Shown here in pieces: positions 7,953 to 16,193 of a stretch of DNA of 32,000 bases (position 1 is the first letter of the stretch; the number at the start of each line of letters is the position of its first letter). The notes beneath the pieces were generated by a model. The model worked only from the letters and a program-made list of their open reading frames with translations, searched no databases and was not told where the DNA came from. This stretch comes from Mucisphaera calidilacus. Its GTDB lineage: Bacteria; Planctomycetota; Phycisphaerae; Phycisphaerales; Phycisphaeraceae. The stretch lies in assembly GCF_007748075.1 (NCBI RefSeq), contig NZ_CP036280.1, forward strand, positions 630,001 to 662,000. The letters are read 5' to 3'. The translations under genes and the position numbers were made by a program.

Positions 7953-8753
7953 TCAGGCCTTGTCGGCGTCTTTGTTGCGGGTGAAGGTGCAGAGCCCGCG
8001 TGTGGTTTTTTCGACGAAGTCGGCGAATTGCTGGCAGAGGGGGTCGTCGGCGAGTTCGGTGCGGATCTTTTCGACGGCGGTCTTGTTGGCGAGTCCGGAG
8101 AGCCCGACGATTTCGTAGGCGCGTTTGAGGGGCTTGATGTGTTCTTTGAGGCCGGCGCGTCGGAGTCCGATGACGTTGATGCCGATGATCTGCTCGTTGT
8201 GGAAGTAGATGCAGAAGGGGGTGACGTCCTGGATGGCGGCGACGATGCCGGCGAGCATGGCGTGCTGACCGATGCGGCAGTTCTGGTGGACGGCGGAGCC
8301 GCCTCCGATGTTGACGTCGTCTTCGACGGTGACGTGTCCCGCGAGCAGGACGTTGTTGGCGAGGTTGCACCGGCTGCCGACGACGGTGTCGTGGGCGAGG
8401 TGTGCGCCGGCCATAAGGTAGTTGTCGCTGCCGAGGGTGGTGGGGATGTCGTGGGTGGCGCGGTGGATGGTGACGTTTTCGCGGAGGGTGTTGTTGTCGC
8501 CGATGACGACGCCTGCGCCGGACTCGTCGTGGTCGTACTTTCGGTCCTGGGGAGCGAATCCGATGGCGGTGTTGGGGTAGAGGGTGTTGTTGCTGCCGAG
8601 GGTGAGGGGCCCGTAGAGGTGGACGTTGGCGATGAGTCGGGTGCCGGGGCCGACGTTTACGTTGCCCTCGATGCGGCACCAGGGTCCGATGTCGGCGTCG
8701 TCGGCGATCTGTGCTCGGGTGTCGATGATGGCGGTGGGGTGGATGGTTGCCAA
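7953..8753 (-). CDS. lpxA: acyl-ACP--UDP-N-acetylglucosamine O-acyltransferase
   Basis: IHPTAIIDTRAQIADDADIGPWCRIEGNVNVGPGTRL followed by hexapeptide repeats and a helical C-terminal domain. The start codon is TTG (plus-strand caa at 8751-8753). Confidence 0.88.
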   Translation of the reverse strand: MATIHPTAIIDTRAQIADDADIGPWCRIEGNVNVGPGTRLIANVHLYGPLTLGSNNTLYPNTAIGFAPQDRKYDHDESGAGVVIGDNNTLRENVTIHRATHDIPTTLGSDNYLMAGAHLAHDTVVGSRCNLANNVLLAGHVTVEDDVNIGGGSAVHQNCRIGQHAMLAGIVAAIQDVTPFCIYFHNEQIIGINVIGLRRAGLKEHIKPLKRAYEIVGLSGLANKTAVEKIRTELADDPLCQQFADFVEKTTRGLCTFTRNKDADKA

Positions 8754-8796
8754 GGCGGCCTCGCGATCGGATAAAAGTCGGCGGGCATCATAGGCT

Positions 8797-9492
8797 ATGG
8801 GGATGCGTGACTCATCTGTGACGGCGGAGCGGTTCGGGGTGGAGGACCTTGGGGTGATGGCTTACGCGGAGGCGTTGGGTGTTCAGCGTGAGGTGCACGC
8901 GGGGGTGGTGGCGGGTGAGCGTGAGCGTCTGCTGGTGGTGGAGCATCCGGCGGTGATCACGCTGCCTGACCGTGATGCGGTGCGTGCGCACATACTTGCG
9001 GATTCGGAGGCGTTGGGGCGTGCGGGTGTTGACGTGCAGATCACGGACCGCGGGGGCGACGTGACGTATCACGGGCCGGGGCAGTTGGTGGTGTATCCGA
9101 TCGTGCGGCTGCGCGATCACCGATTGAACCTTGGGCGGTACATGCGGTTGCTGGAGGCGGTGGTGATGGACACGCTGGCAGCGTTCGGGGTGGTGGGTCA
9201 TCGTCGAGAGGGTGCAACGGGTGTGTGGGTGGAGGGTGAGGGTGAGCCTGTGTCGAAGGTTTGCGCGCTGGGGGTGCGGATCCGGAAGAACGTGACGATG
9301 CACGGGTTGGCGTTGAATGTGACGACGGATCTGCGGCACTTTGAGTTGATCGTGCCTTGCGGGTTGGCGGATCGTGGTGTGACGAGTCTGGAGCGGTTGC
9401 TGGGTGAGGGTGTGCCGGCGATGGCCGAGGTGGTGTCGGAGCTGGTGTCGGCGTTTGATCGTCGGCTGGCGGAGGCGGAAGCGCGTGCGTGA
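8797..9492 (+). CDS. lipB: octanoyltransferase (lipoyl(octanoyl) transferase)
   Basis: Motifs RGGDVTYHGPGQLVVYPI, KVCALGVRIRKNVTMHGLALNV and PCGL are LipB hallmarks. Confidence 0.9.
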   Translation: MGMRDSSVTAERFGVEDLGVMAYAEALGVQREVHAGVVAGERERLLVVEHPAVITLPDRDAVRAHILADSEALGRAGVDVQITDRGGDVTYHGPGQLVVYPIVRLRDHRLNLGRYMRLLEAVVMDTLAAFGVVGHRREGATGVWVEGEGEPVSKVCALGVRIRKNVTMHGLALNVTTDLRHFELIVPCGLADRGVTSLERLLGEGVPAMAEVVSELVSAFDRRLAEAEARA

Positions 9493-9496
9493 GGGG

Positions 9497-10900
9497 ATGC
9501 CGCTGAGTCTGCCGGTGTGGGCGTCGGCCAAGGGTGTGGTGCTGGCGGTGCTGTGCCTGGTGATGATGTCGCTGACGTGGGTTGACGTGGTGGATGCGCG
9601 GCTGGGGTCGCTGGGGTGGTTGTGGGCGGGTGCGTTGGCGGGCTGGTGTTGCCTGTCGTGGCTGGGCTGGCGGCTGGGGCGGTGTGATGGGAAGGCGGAG
9701 GGTTTTGGTCGTGCGGCGGTGGTGGTGGTTCTGGTTGGCTTGGTGGCGCGTGTGGTGGTGTCGTTGGGGACGACGCCTGTGTTGTCGGACGACATCTGGC
9801 GGTATATCCATGACGGGTCGGTGCTGGCGTCGGGTGCGAATCCTTACGCGGTAGCGCCGGCGGAGCTGGGTGAGGGGGAGCGTTTGCTGCCCGGGGTGGT
9901 GGAGCGTGTGAACAACCCCGGGTTGGTGACGATCTATCTGCCGACGAGTCAATGGGTGTTTGCGGGGGTGTCGCGGTTGTATGAGGGGTTGCCCGCGGGG
10001 TGGCGGGCCTGGGACGGGCTGCGGGATCACACGTTCCGGGTGGTGTTTGGTCTGGCGGATGTGGGTGTGGTGGTGGCGTTGGTGTTGCTGCTGGGGGCGA
10101 TGGGGCGTTCGGCGTGGTGGGCGGCGTTGTATGCGTGGCACCCGCTGGTGCTGGCGGAGGTGAGCGGGTCGGGTCATCAGGATTCGCTGGGTGTGCTGGG
10201 TCTGGTGGTGGCGGTGTGGTGCTGGGTTCGGTTGTTGCGTGGTGGTTCCGGCGTGAGCGCGGCGGCGATGGGAATCGCGTTGGCGGCGAGTGTGCTGGTC
10301 AAGCCGATGGGATTGCTGTTGGTGCCTGCGATGGTGGTGAGTCTGTGGGGTCGGCGCGGGTGGCTGGGGGTTTCGGTGTTGAGTGGGGTGGTCACGGGTC
10401 TGGCGGTGGGTTTGCCTTTTGTGGCGATGGATGGCGGTGTGGGACGGCTGCTGGAGACGGGCGAGCGATTCGTGGAGGCGTGGGCGTTCAACGGGTCGGC
10501 GCACGCGTTGCTGGTATGGGCGTTGGGTGAGAAGGGGTGGGCGGACGTGGCGGCGGGGGTGTTGCTGGCGGGGGTGTCGTTGGGTGTGGCGTGGCGTGGC
10601 TTGAAGCCGGCGTGTGCGACGGGCTGGGTGTTGCTGGCGGCGTTGTTGCTGTCGAGCACGGCGCACCCGTGGTATGCGTTGTGGATGCTGCCTTTTGTGG
10701 TGGCGGGTGGGAATCGTGTGGGGTGGTTGCTGAGTCTGATGGTCCTGCTGGCGTACGTGGCGCATCTGGACGGGGGGTATGAGCTGGCGTGGTGGGTGGT
10801 GTGGGCGGAGTACGTGCCGGTTTACGCGTTGCTGCTCTGGGTTTTGTGTCGGTGGTCAGCCGGTGGAGCGGACGATGAAGCTGGGCTGGGCGCCGATTGA
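9497..10900 (+). CDS. polytopic GT-C-fold membrane glycosyltransferase (DUF2029/GT87-like)
   Basis: About 11 predicted TM segments. The first-loop motif SDDIWRYIHDGSVLASGANPYAVAP is typical of DUF2029/mannosyltransferase-like proteins. The ATG at 9497 lies 4 nt after the lipB stop, so the track start at 9404 lies inside lipB and is rejected. Confidence 0.6.
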   Translation: MPLSLPVWASAKGVVLAVLCLVMMSLTWVDVVDARLGSLGWLWAGALAGWCCLSWLGWRLGRCDGKAEGFGRAAVVVVLVGLVARVVVSLGTTPVLSDDIWRYIHDGSVLASGANPYAVAPAELGEGERLLPGVVERVNNPGLVTIYLPTSQWVFAGVSRLYEGLPAGWRAWDGLRDHTFRVVFGLADVGVVVALVLLLGAMGRSAWWAALYAWHPLVLAEVSGSGHQDSLGVLGLVVAVWCWVRLLRGGSGVSAAAMGIALAASVLVKPMGLLLVPAMVVSLWGRRGWLGVSVLSGVVTGLAVGLPFVAMDGGVGRLLETGERFVEAWAFNGSAHALLVWALGEKGWADVAAGVLLAGVSLGVAWRGLKPACATGWVLLAALLLSSTAHPWYALWMLPFVVAGGNRVGWLLSLMVLLAYVAHLDGGYELAWWVVWAEYVPVYALLLWVLCRWSAGGADDEAGLGAD

Positions 10901-11701
10901 CCGGCCGCCGACGGATTCTTCGATGGTGAGTCCGTTGCGGAGGTTGTGGGGGTATTGTTCCTGGAGCGCTTTCATGGCGGGGCCGTAGCCTCGCTGGCCG
11001 TCGCTTCGCCAGACGAAGTCGTGGTCGGTGAAGAGGCCGATGGTGACGAGTGATCGGATGGGGCCGTGGTAGAAGTAGGCTTCGACGTCCTGTTCGCGGA
11101 GGACGCGGACGGCGTCTTCGGCGGCTTCGCGGAATTTTCGGCCGAAGTCTTCGTCGTAGACGGCGATCTGGAGTGAGTATCGGTTGGGGTATCCGGCGAG
11201 GTCGAAGGGGTCGGTGGCGACCATGTTGTGGGCGAGGGGTGCCATCTCGGCGTCTTTGAAGGGTCGTTGGTCGTTGCGTTGTAGTTTTTTGATGGTGCTG
11301 AGTGCTTCGCGTGCCTGTTTGTTTTTGCGTTCGCGGAATTGGCCGGCGTAGACGTAGGTGATGCCTTGGGATTCTTCCATCCAGACCGGCTCGATGAGGT
11401 TCTGACGGGTGAGGAATTCGGCGTAGGTGCGGGCGCGTTCGTAGCGTTGGTTGTCGTCGAAGGCGGCGGCCTGGATGGTCCACGAGCGTGCGCGGACCTG
11501 TTTTTTTTTCGAGTCGCCTGCGGCCCATTCCATCATGGGGTGGTCGTCCCAGGAGGAGCTGACAACGGTGGTCTGCCAGCAGCCGGTGAGGGCGAGGCAG
11601 GCTCCGAGGGTCAGGATGAGGGTCGTGATGGGGCGCAAGGTGATTTCCGGCAGGGGGATAGGTGATATCGGGGCTGGTTTGTGGTTTTGACCCCGGTTCA
11701 C
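10856..11701 (-). CDS. lipoprotein with two SPOR-like (peptidoglycan-binding) domains
   Basis: GTG start and lipobox LALTGC. Two beta-alpha-beta-beta-alpha-beta-like segments are seen: WTIQAAAFDD...TYVYAGQF and YSLQIAVYDEDF...SLVTIGLF. The start is uncertain. Confidence 0.55.
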   Translation of the reverse strand: MNRGQNHKPAPISPIPLPEITLRPITTLILTLGACLALTGCWQTTVVSSSWDDHPMMEWAAGDSKKKQVRARSWTIQAAAFDDNQRYERARTYAEFLTRQNLIEPVWMEESQGITYVYAGQFRERKNKQAREALSTIKKLQRNDQRPFKDAEMAPLAHNMVATDPFDLAGYPNRYSLQIAVYDEDFGRKFREAAEDAVRVLREQDVEAYFYHGPIRSLVTIGLFTDHDFVWRSDGQRGYGPAMKALQEQYPHNLRNGLTIEESVGGRSIGAQPSFIVRSTG

Positions 11702-11755
11702 ATTGTCCTTTTTTTGAGCGTTTATGGAAAGGTGGGTCGCGATCCGATATATTAC

Positions 11756-11769
11756 TTCATCCGGATGAA
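11756..11769. promoter_or_regulatory. perfect 14-bp palindrome TTCATCCGGATGAA overlapping the ATG (11765) of the ArsR-methyltransferase gene; candidate autoregulatory operator
   Basis: Read directly from the sequence: ttcatcc/ggatgaa are exact reverse complements. It sits in the AT-richer 63-nt divergent intergenic region. Confidence 0.4.
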
Positions 11770-12727
11770 AGGATTAATTGTGTCGGTTGACCATCTTCTC
11801 AGGGATTTTGCGACGCTGGCGGAGCCGACCCGGCTACGGCTGCTGCGGGCCGTTGAGACGGGTGAGTTGGCGGTATCGGACTTGTGTGCTGTGCTGCAGA
11901 TGCCTCAGTCGACGGTGAGTCGTCATCTGCGGGTGTTGACGGACGAGTCGTGGGTGGTTTCGCGCCGTGACGGCACGACGAATTACTACCGGCTGGACAA
12001 CGAGCGGATTGACAACGGCACGTCGGAGTTGTGGAAGCTGGCTTGTGATCAGACGGAGGGTTGGGCGACGCTGAAGCAGGACCGGTTGCGGCTGGCGGAG
12101 CGTCTGCGTCAGCGGCGGGGTTCGTCGCGTCGGTTTTTCGAGGATGCCTCGGCGGCGTGGGACGGTCTTCGCGAGGAGTTGTACGGGCGGCTGTTTGGTC
12201 ATCGTGCTTTGGTGGGGTTGTTGCCGAGTGACTGGGTGGTGGGTGATCTGGGTTGCGGGACGGGTCGTGTTGTGGCGGAGTTGTCGCCTCAGGTCCGTCG
12301 CGTGGTGGGTGTTGATGATTCGGAGCCGATGCTTGAGGCGGCGGAGCGAGCGACGCGTGGGTTTGAGAATGTCGAGCTGATGCGTGCGCCGGTGGAGGCG
12401 ACGCCTCTGGAGGACCAGTCGCTGGACGCGGCGTTGCTGATTCTGGTGCTGAGTTACGTGGAGCAGGTTGAGCCGGTTTTGCTGGAGGCGCGTCGGGTGT
12501 TGAAGCCGGGCGGGCGTCTGGTGGTGGTGGACCTTCTGCCGCACGACCGTGATGATTTTCGTCGTCGATATGGCCAGCAGCACCCGGGTTTTGATCCGGC
12601 TTTGCTGGCGTCGTCGCTGGAGCGTTTGAGTTTTGAGTCTGTCCGACATCGGCCGTTGCCGCCTGAGGCGGAGTCCCAGGGGCCGGCGTTGATGATGGTT
12701 GCTGCGCAACGGAGCGTGGCGGCCTGA
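11765..12727 (+). CDS. ArsR-family winged-helix regulator fused to a SAM-dependent methyltransferase-like domain (SahR-like)
   Basis: The N-terminus [41 protein letters not shown] is an ArsR HTH. The C-terminus carries MTase motif I ([11 protein letters not shown]) and [11 protein letters not shown]. It lies 35 nt upstream of ahcY. Confidence 0.8.
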   Translation: MKGLIVSVDHLLRDFATLAEPTRLRLLRAVETGELAVSDLCAVLQMPQSTVSRHLRVLTDESWVVSRRDGTTNYYRLDNERIDNGTSELWKLACDQTEGWATLKQDRLRLAERLRQRRGSSRRFFEDASAAWDGLREELYGRLFGHRALVGLLPSDWVVGDLGCGTGRVVAELSPQVRRVVGVDDSEPMLEAAERATRGFENVELMRAPVEATPLEDQSLDAALLILVLSYVEQVEPVLLEARRVLKPGGRLVVVDLLPHDRDDFRRRYGQQHPGFDPALLASSLERLSFESVRHRPLPPEAESQGPALMMVAAQRSVAA

Positions 12728-12762
12728 GTGTTGTTGTTGATCCTTCTTACAGGAGTCTGGTT

Positions 12763-14241
12763 ATGAGTTCGTCTGTTGCTGCCCCGGTCATGGAATACAA
12801 GGTTGCGGATTTGTCGCTTGCGGAGTGGGGGCGCAAGGAGCTGATGCTCGCCGAGCAGGAGATGCCGGGCCTGATGGCGTGCCGCGAGGAGTACGGTCCG
12901 AGCAAGCCGCTGGCGGGCCTGAACATCGGTGGTTCGCTGCACATGACGGTTCAGACGGCGGTTCTGATCGAGACGCTGGTTGAGCTGGGTGCGAACGTTC
13001 GCTGGTGCTCGTGCAACATCTTCAGCACGCAGGACCAGGCTGCGGCTGCGGTGGTGGTCGGTCCGAAGGGGACGATCGAGAACCCGCAGGGCGTGCCGGT
13101 GTTTGCGTGGAAGGGCGAGACGCTCGAGGAGTACTGGGCGTGCACGGAGCGGATGCTGGACTTCGGCGACGGTCGGGGCCCGGACCAGATCGTGGACGAC
13201 GGCGGCGACGCGACGCTGCTGATCCTCAAGGGTGTTGAGTACGCCAAGGCGGGGAGCGTTCCCGGTCCGGAGACGACGGACAACGAGGAGTTCAAGGAGG
13301 TTCTCAAGGTTCTCGCGAAGACCATGGAGCAGGACGCTCAGCGTTGGGTGAAGGTCGCGGAGAACTGCAAGGGCGTGACCGAGGAGACGACCACGGGCAT
13401 CAAGAACCTGGTGAAGTACCAGAAGGAGGGGACGCTGGCGTTCCCGGCGATCAACGTCAACGACTCGTGCACGAAGAGCAAGTTCGACAACCTGTATGGC
13501 TGTCGTCATTCGCTGATCGACGGTCTGTTCCGTGCGACGGACGTGATGGTCAGCGGCAAGGTGGCGGTGGTTTGTGGTTATGGCGACGTGGGCAAGGGTT
13601 GTGCGCAGTCGCTTCGCGGCCAGGGTGCCCGTGTGATCGTGACCGAGATCGACCCGATCTGCGCCTTGCAGGCGGCGATGGAGGGTTACGAGGTGAAGAC
13701 GCTCGAGGACGTGATTGATACGGCGGACGTTTTTATCACGACGACGGGCAACTTCAAGATCATCACCGCGGAGCACATGTCGAAGATGAAGGACAAGGCG
13801 ATCGTGGGCAACATCGGTCACTTTGACAACGAGATCGACATGGCGGGTCTGAAGAAGCTGGCTGAGCCTACGAACATCAAGCCGCAGTACGACATGTGGA
13901 CGTTCAAGGACGGTCACAGCGTGCTGATTCTGGCGGAGGGTCGTCTGCTGAACCTGGGTTGTGCGACGGGTCACCCGTCGTTCGTGATGTCGGCTTCGTT
14001 CACGAATCAGACGATCGCTCAGATCGACCTTGCCCTGTACAACAAGGGTCAGGAGACGCTGTCGGGCATGAAGTACGACGAGAACAAGGTGACGCTGTTG
14101 TCGAAGAAGCTGGACGAGAAGGTGGCGCGTCTGCACCTGGACCAGCTGGGCGTGAGGCTCACGGAGCTGAGCAAGGAGCAGGCGGACTACATCGGCGTGG
14201 AGGTCGAGGGTCCGTACAAGCCGGAGCACTACCGCTACTAA
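12763..14241 (+). CDS. ahcY: adenosylhomocysteinase (S-adenosyl-L-homocysteine hydrolase)
   Basis: Full-length match to the AhcY pattern ([15 protein letters not shown]..., [52 protein letters not shown]). An AGGAG Shine-Dalgarno lies 7 nt upstream of the ATG. Confidence 0.97.
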   Translation: MSSSVAAPVMEYKVADLSLAEWGRKELMLAEQEMPGLMACREEYGPSKPLAGLNIGGSLHMTVQTAVLIETLVELGANVRWCSCNIFSTQDQAAAAVVVGPKGTIENPQGVPVFAWKGETLEEYWACTERMLDFGDGRGPDQIVDDGGDATLLILKGVEYAKAGSVPGPETTDNEEFKEVLKVLAKTMEQDAQRWVKVAENCKGVTEETTTGIKNLVKYQKEGTLAFPAINVNDSCTKSKFDNLYGCRHSLIDGLFRATDVMVSGKVAVVCGYGDVGKGCAQSLRGQGARVIVTEIDPICALQAAMEGYEVKTLEDVIDTADVFITTTGNFKIITAEHMSKMKDKAIVGNIGHFDNEIDMAGLKKLAEPTNIKPQYDMWTFKDGHSVLILAEGRLLNLGCATGHPSFVMSASFTNQTIAQIDLALYNKGQETLSGMKYDENKVTLLSKKLDEKVARLHLDQLGVRLTELSKEQADYIGVEVEGPYKPEHYRY

Positions 14242-14261
14242 GCGGTTCGCTTGTTGCCATG

Positions 14262-14295
14262 AAAAACCCGAGGCCGGAAGGCCTCGGGTTTTTTT
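14262..14295. terminator. bidirectional rho-independent terminator shared by convergent ahcY and infC
   Basis: AAAAA - CCCGAGGCC - GGAA - GGCCTCGGG - TTTTTTT. A perfect 9-bp GC-rich stem is flanked by an A-run and a T-run. Confidence 0.85.
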
Positions 14296-14314
14296 GTGGG
14301 TGGTGTCCTGGTGT

Positions 14315-14983
14315 TTACTCGTTGGGCGTTGATGCCGTCTCGAGGTTGGGTGCGGGAGCCGGCGGCTGAGCGGCGGGTTTGGAGGCCGCGGGGGCGGGGG
14401 CCGGCCTGGGTGTGTCGTCTTTTTTGGTCTTGGGTCCGGACTTGTCGGCGGCGAGGACCATGGTGGCTCGTCGGCCGAGCATCTTGGGGATCTGCTCGAT
14501 CTTGGAGACGTCTTCGAGCTGGCTGCTGATGTTGCGCATCAGGTCGAGGTGGAGTCCCTGGTGGGCCATCTGTCGTCCGCGGAAGAGCATGGTGAACTGG
14601 ACCTTGTGTCCCTCTTCGAGGAACTGTCGTGCTTTTTTGAGCTTGATGCCCAGGTCGTGCTCATCGATGTTGGGTCGGAGCCTGATGCCTTTGAGTTCGC
14701 TCTGGCTGGCGTGCGACTTGGCCTTGGACTCTTTTTTCTTCTGCGCGTACTTCCATTTGCCGTAATCCATGATCCGGCAGACGGGCGGGTCAGAGTTCGG
14801 CGATACCTCGACCAGGTCAAGCCCGGCGTCTTGTGCTCGGTCTTTGGCTGCGTTGGTATCGATGATGCCGATCTGCTCGTTGTTTTCGTCAACGAGTCGG
14901 ACCTGCGGAACGCGAATCATGTCGTTGTGACGGAGGCCCTTGTCGTTCGGCTTGGGCGGAGGTCTGAAGCGTCCTCGTGCGAT
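14315..14983 (-). CDS. infC: translation initiation factor IF-3, proposed non-AUG (ATC) start
   Basis: Motifs IRVPQVRLVDENNEQIGI, DLVEVSPNSDPPVCRIMDYGKWKY and the C-domain are present. The frame stays open upstream of the track ATG (14920) to an in-frame TGA at 15002-15004. An ATC at 14983-14981 lies 7 nt downstream of AGGAGA (plus-strand tctcct, 14991-14996). Confidence 0.88.
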   Translation of the reverse strand: MARGRFRPPPKPNDKGLRHNDMIRVPQVRLVDENNEQIGIIDTNAAKDRAQDAGLDLVEVSPNSDPPVCRIMDYGKWKYAQKKKESKAKSHASQSELKGIRLRPNIDEHDLGIKLKKARQFLEEGHKVQFTMLFRGRQMAHQGLHLDLMRNISSQLEDVSKIEQIPKMLGRRATMVLAADKSGPKTKKDDTPRPAPAPAASKPAAQPPAPAPNLETASTPNE

Positions 14984-15165
14984 GTGAGAATCTCCTAGCG
15001 GTCAGCGTGAAGGGGATGTGTACACAACATCCTCGATACGTCATAGATCGGCAGATCAGCGTTCGCTGGCTGCTGCCGTCCCATAACAAGATTACCCCCG
15101 TCTGGGGGTTGCGGCAAGATAACGTGACCTGTGAGGCGGGTAACCGGGGTTAGAAATGGGTTGAT

Positions 15166-16140
15166 TCAGGCATCTGGTGCGAGCCACCAGGCGGTGAATC
15201 GGAGTAGGGCGTATCCGACGGGAGCTGCGAGCAGGAGCGAGTCGAGGACGTCGAGGACGCCTCCGAAGCCGGGAACGGTGCCTCCGGAGTCCTTGAGTGC
15301 GGCGTCGCGTTTGAAGAGTGAGGCGATGAGGTCGCCGAACTGCCCGACAAGCCCGAGGAAGGCCCCGAGAGCGGCGACGTAGAGCAGGGGGTAGTCGTAG
15401 GGGATGAAGACGGGTTCGCCTTGTCCGGTGATCCAGTGCCCGGAGTGGTGTCCGGCGTTGCTGGCGGCGGCGATGGCGACGGCGACGACGGAGGAGAGGA
15501 TCAGGCCGCCGAGGAGGCCCTCGACGGTTTTTTTGGGGCTGATGAGGGGTATGAGGGGCGTTCGGCCGAGCCACCTGCCGGTGAAGTAGGCCCCGATGTC
15601 GCTGGCCTTGGTGATGAGGATGATGGCGACGACGGTCCAGGCGGGGTGCCACCAGCGTATGACGAGGAAGAAACCGGGCATGAGTCCGAGGTAGACGGCG
15701 CAGAGGAGTGCGGCCGCGGCGGACATGATGGCTCCCTCGCGTTCGCCTCGGCGGAGGGGCTGGACGACGGAGAGGAAGAGGACGGCGGCGAGGAGCCCTG
15801 CGAGTGCGGTGCTTCCGCTGGAGCCGTCGGGCCCGTGGGGGAGCGTGTAGAGGCAGGTGGCGCCGGCGGCGGCGGAGAGGTACCCGAAGCCCCATGAGAG
15901 TCGTGATCCGCGAGCGCTCATCATGCGGACCATCTCGCGGGTGAGTGGGATGAGGGCGGCTAGGAGCAGGAGGAGCATGAGGATGCCGCGTGGGATGCGT
16001 TCGCCCTCGCCGGGCAGCCAGGGGATGGTTCCGAGGCCGAGTCGGACGTCGTCGAGCGCGTCGTCGACGGCGATGATGATGAGCAGGGTGGTGATCATCA
16101 GGCTGCTCGAGATGATTCGCTGGATGAGCATGTTGGCCAT
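15166..16140 (-). CDS. cdsA: phosphatidate cytidylyltransferase (CDP-diglyceride synthase) family protein
   Basis: Polytopic membrane protein starting MANMLIQRII. The C-terminal CTP-transferase signature is SLFKRDAALKDSGGTVPGFGGVLDVLDS. The Pro-rich region of the track ORF upstream of 16140 is rejected. Confidence 0.8.
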   Translation of the reverse strand: MANMLIQRIISSSLMITTLLIIIAVDDALDDVRLGLGTIPWLPGEGERIPRGILMLLLLLAALIPLTREMVRMMSARGSRLSWGFGYLSAAAGATCLYTLPHGPDGSSGSTALAGLLAAVLFLSVVQPLRRGEREGAIMSAAAALLCAVYLGLMPGFFLVIRWWHPAWTVVAIILITKASDIGAYFTGRWLGRTPLIPLISPKKTVEGLLGGLILSSVVAVAIAAASNAGHHSGHWITGQGEPVFIPYDYPLLYVAALGAFLGLVGQFGDLIASLFKRDAALKDSGGTVPGFGGVLDVLDSLLLAAPVGYALLRFTAWWLAPDA

Positions 16141-16193
16141 GGTATCGGGTTGTCGGACTCGCCCCGCGGCGTCGGGGGTACTACGCTCGGGGG

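Noticed and set aside
8028-8774. 248-aa plus-strand Gly/Asp/Val-rich ORF antisense to lpxA
   Set aside because: It mirrors the lpxA hexapeptide repeats read on the opposite strand, and lpxA itself is well supported.
9041-10765. 574-aa minus-strand ORF antisense to lipB and the GT-C glycosyltransferase
   Set aside because: It has shadow-ORF composition and spans two plus-strand genes.
12454-14229. 591-aa minus-strand ORF antisense to ahcY
   Set aside because: ahcY is unambiguous and the antisense ORF is an Arg/Leu/His-rich shadow.
15094-15109. Hairpin ACCCCC-GTCT-GGGGGT between cdsA and infC, as a possible cdsA terminator
   Set aside because: It has only a 6-bp stem and no convincing U-tract on either strand, so it is left unannotated. 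It may still be part of the infC leader.
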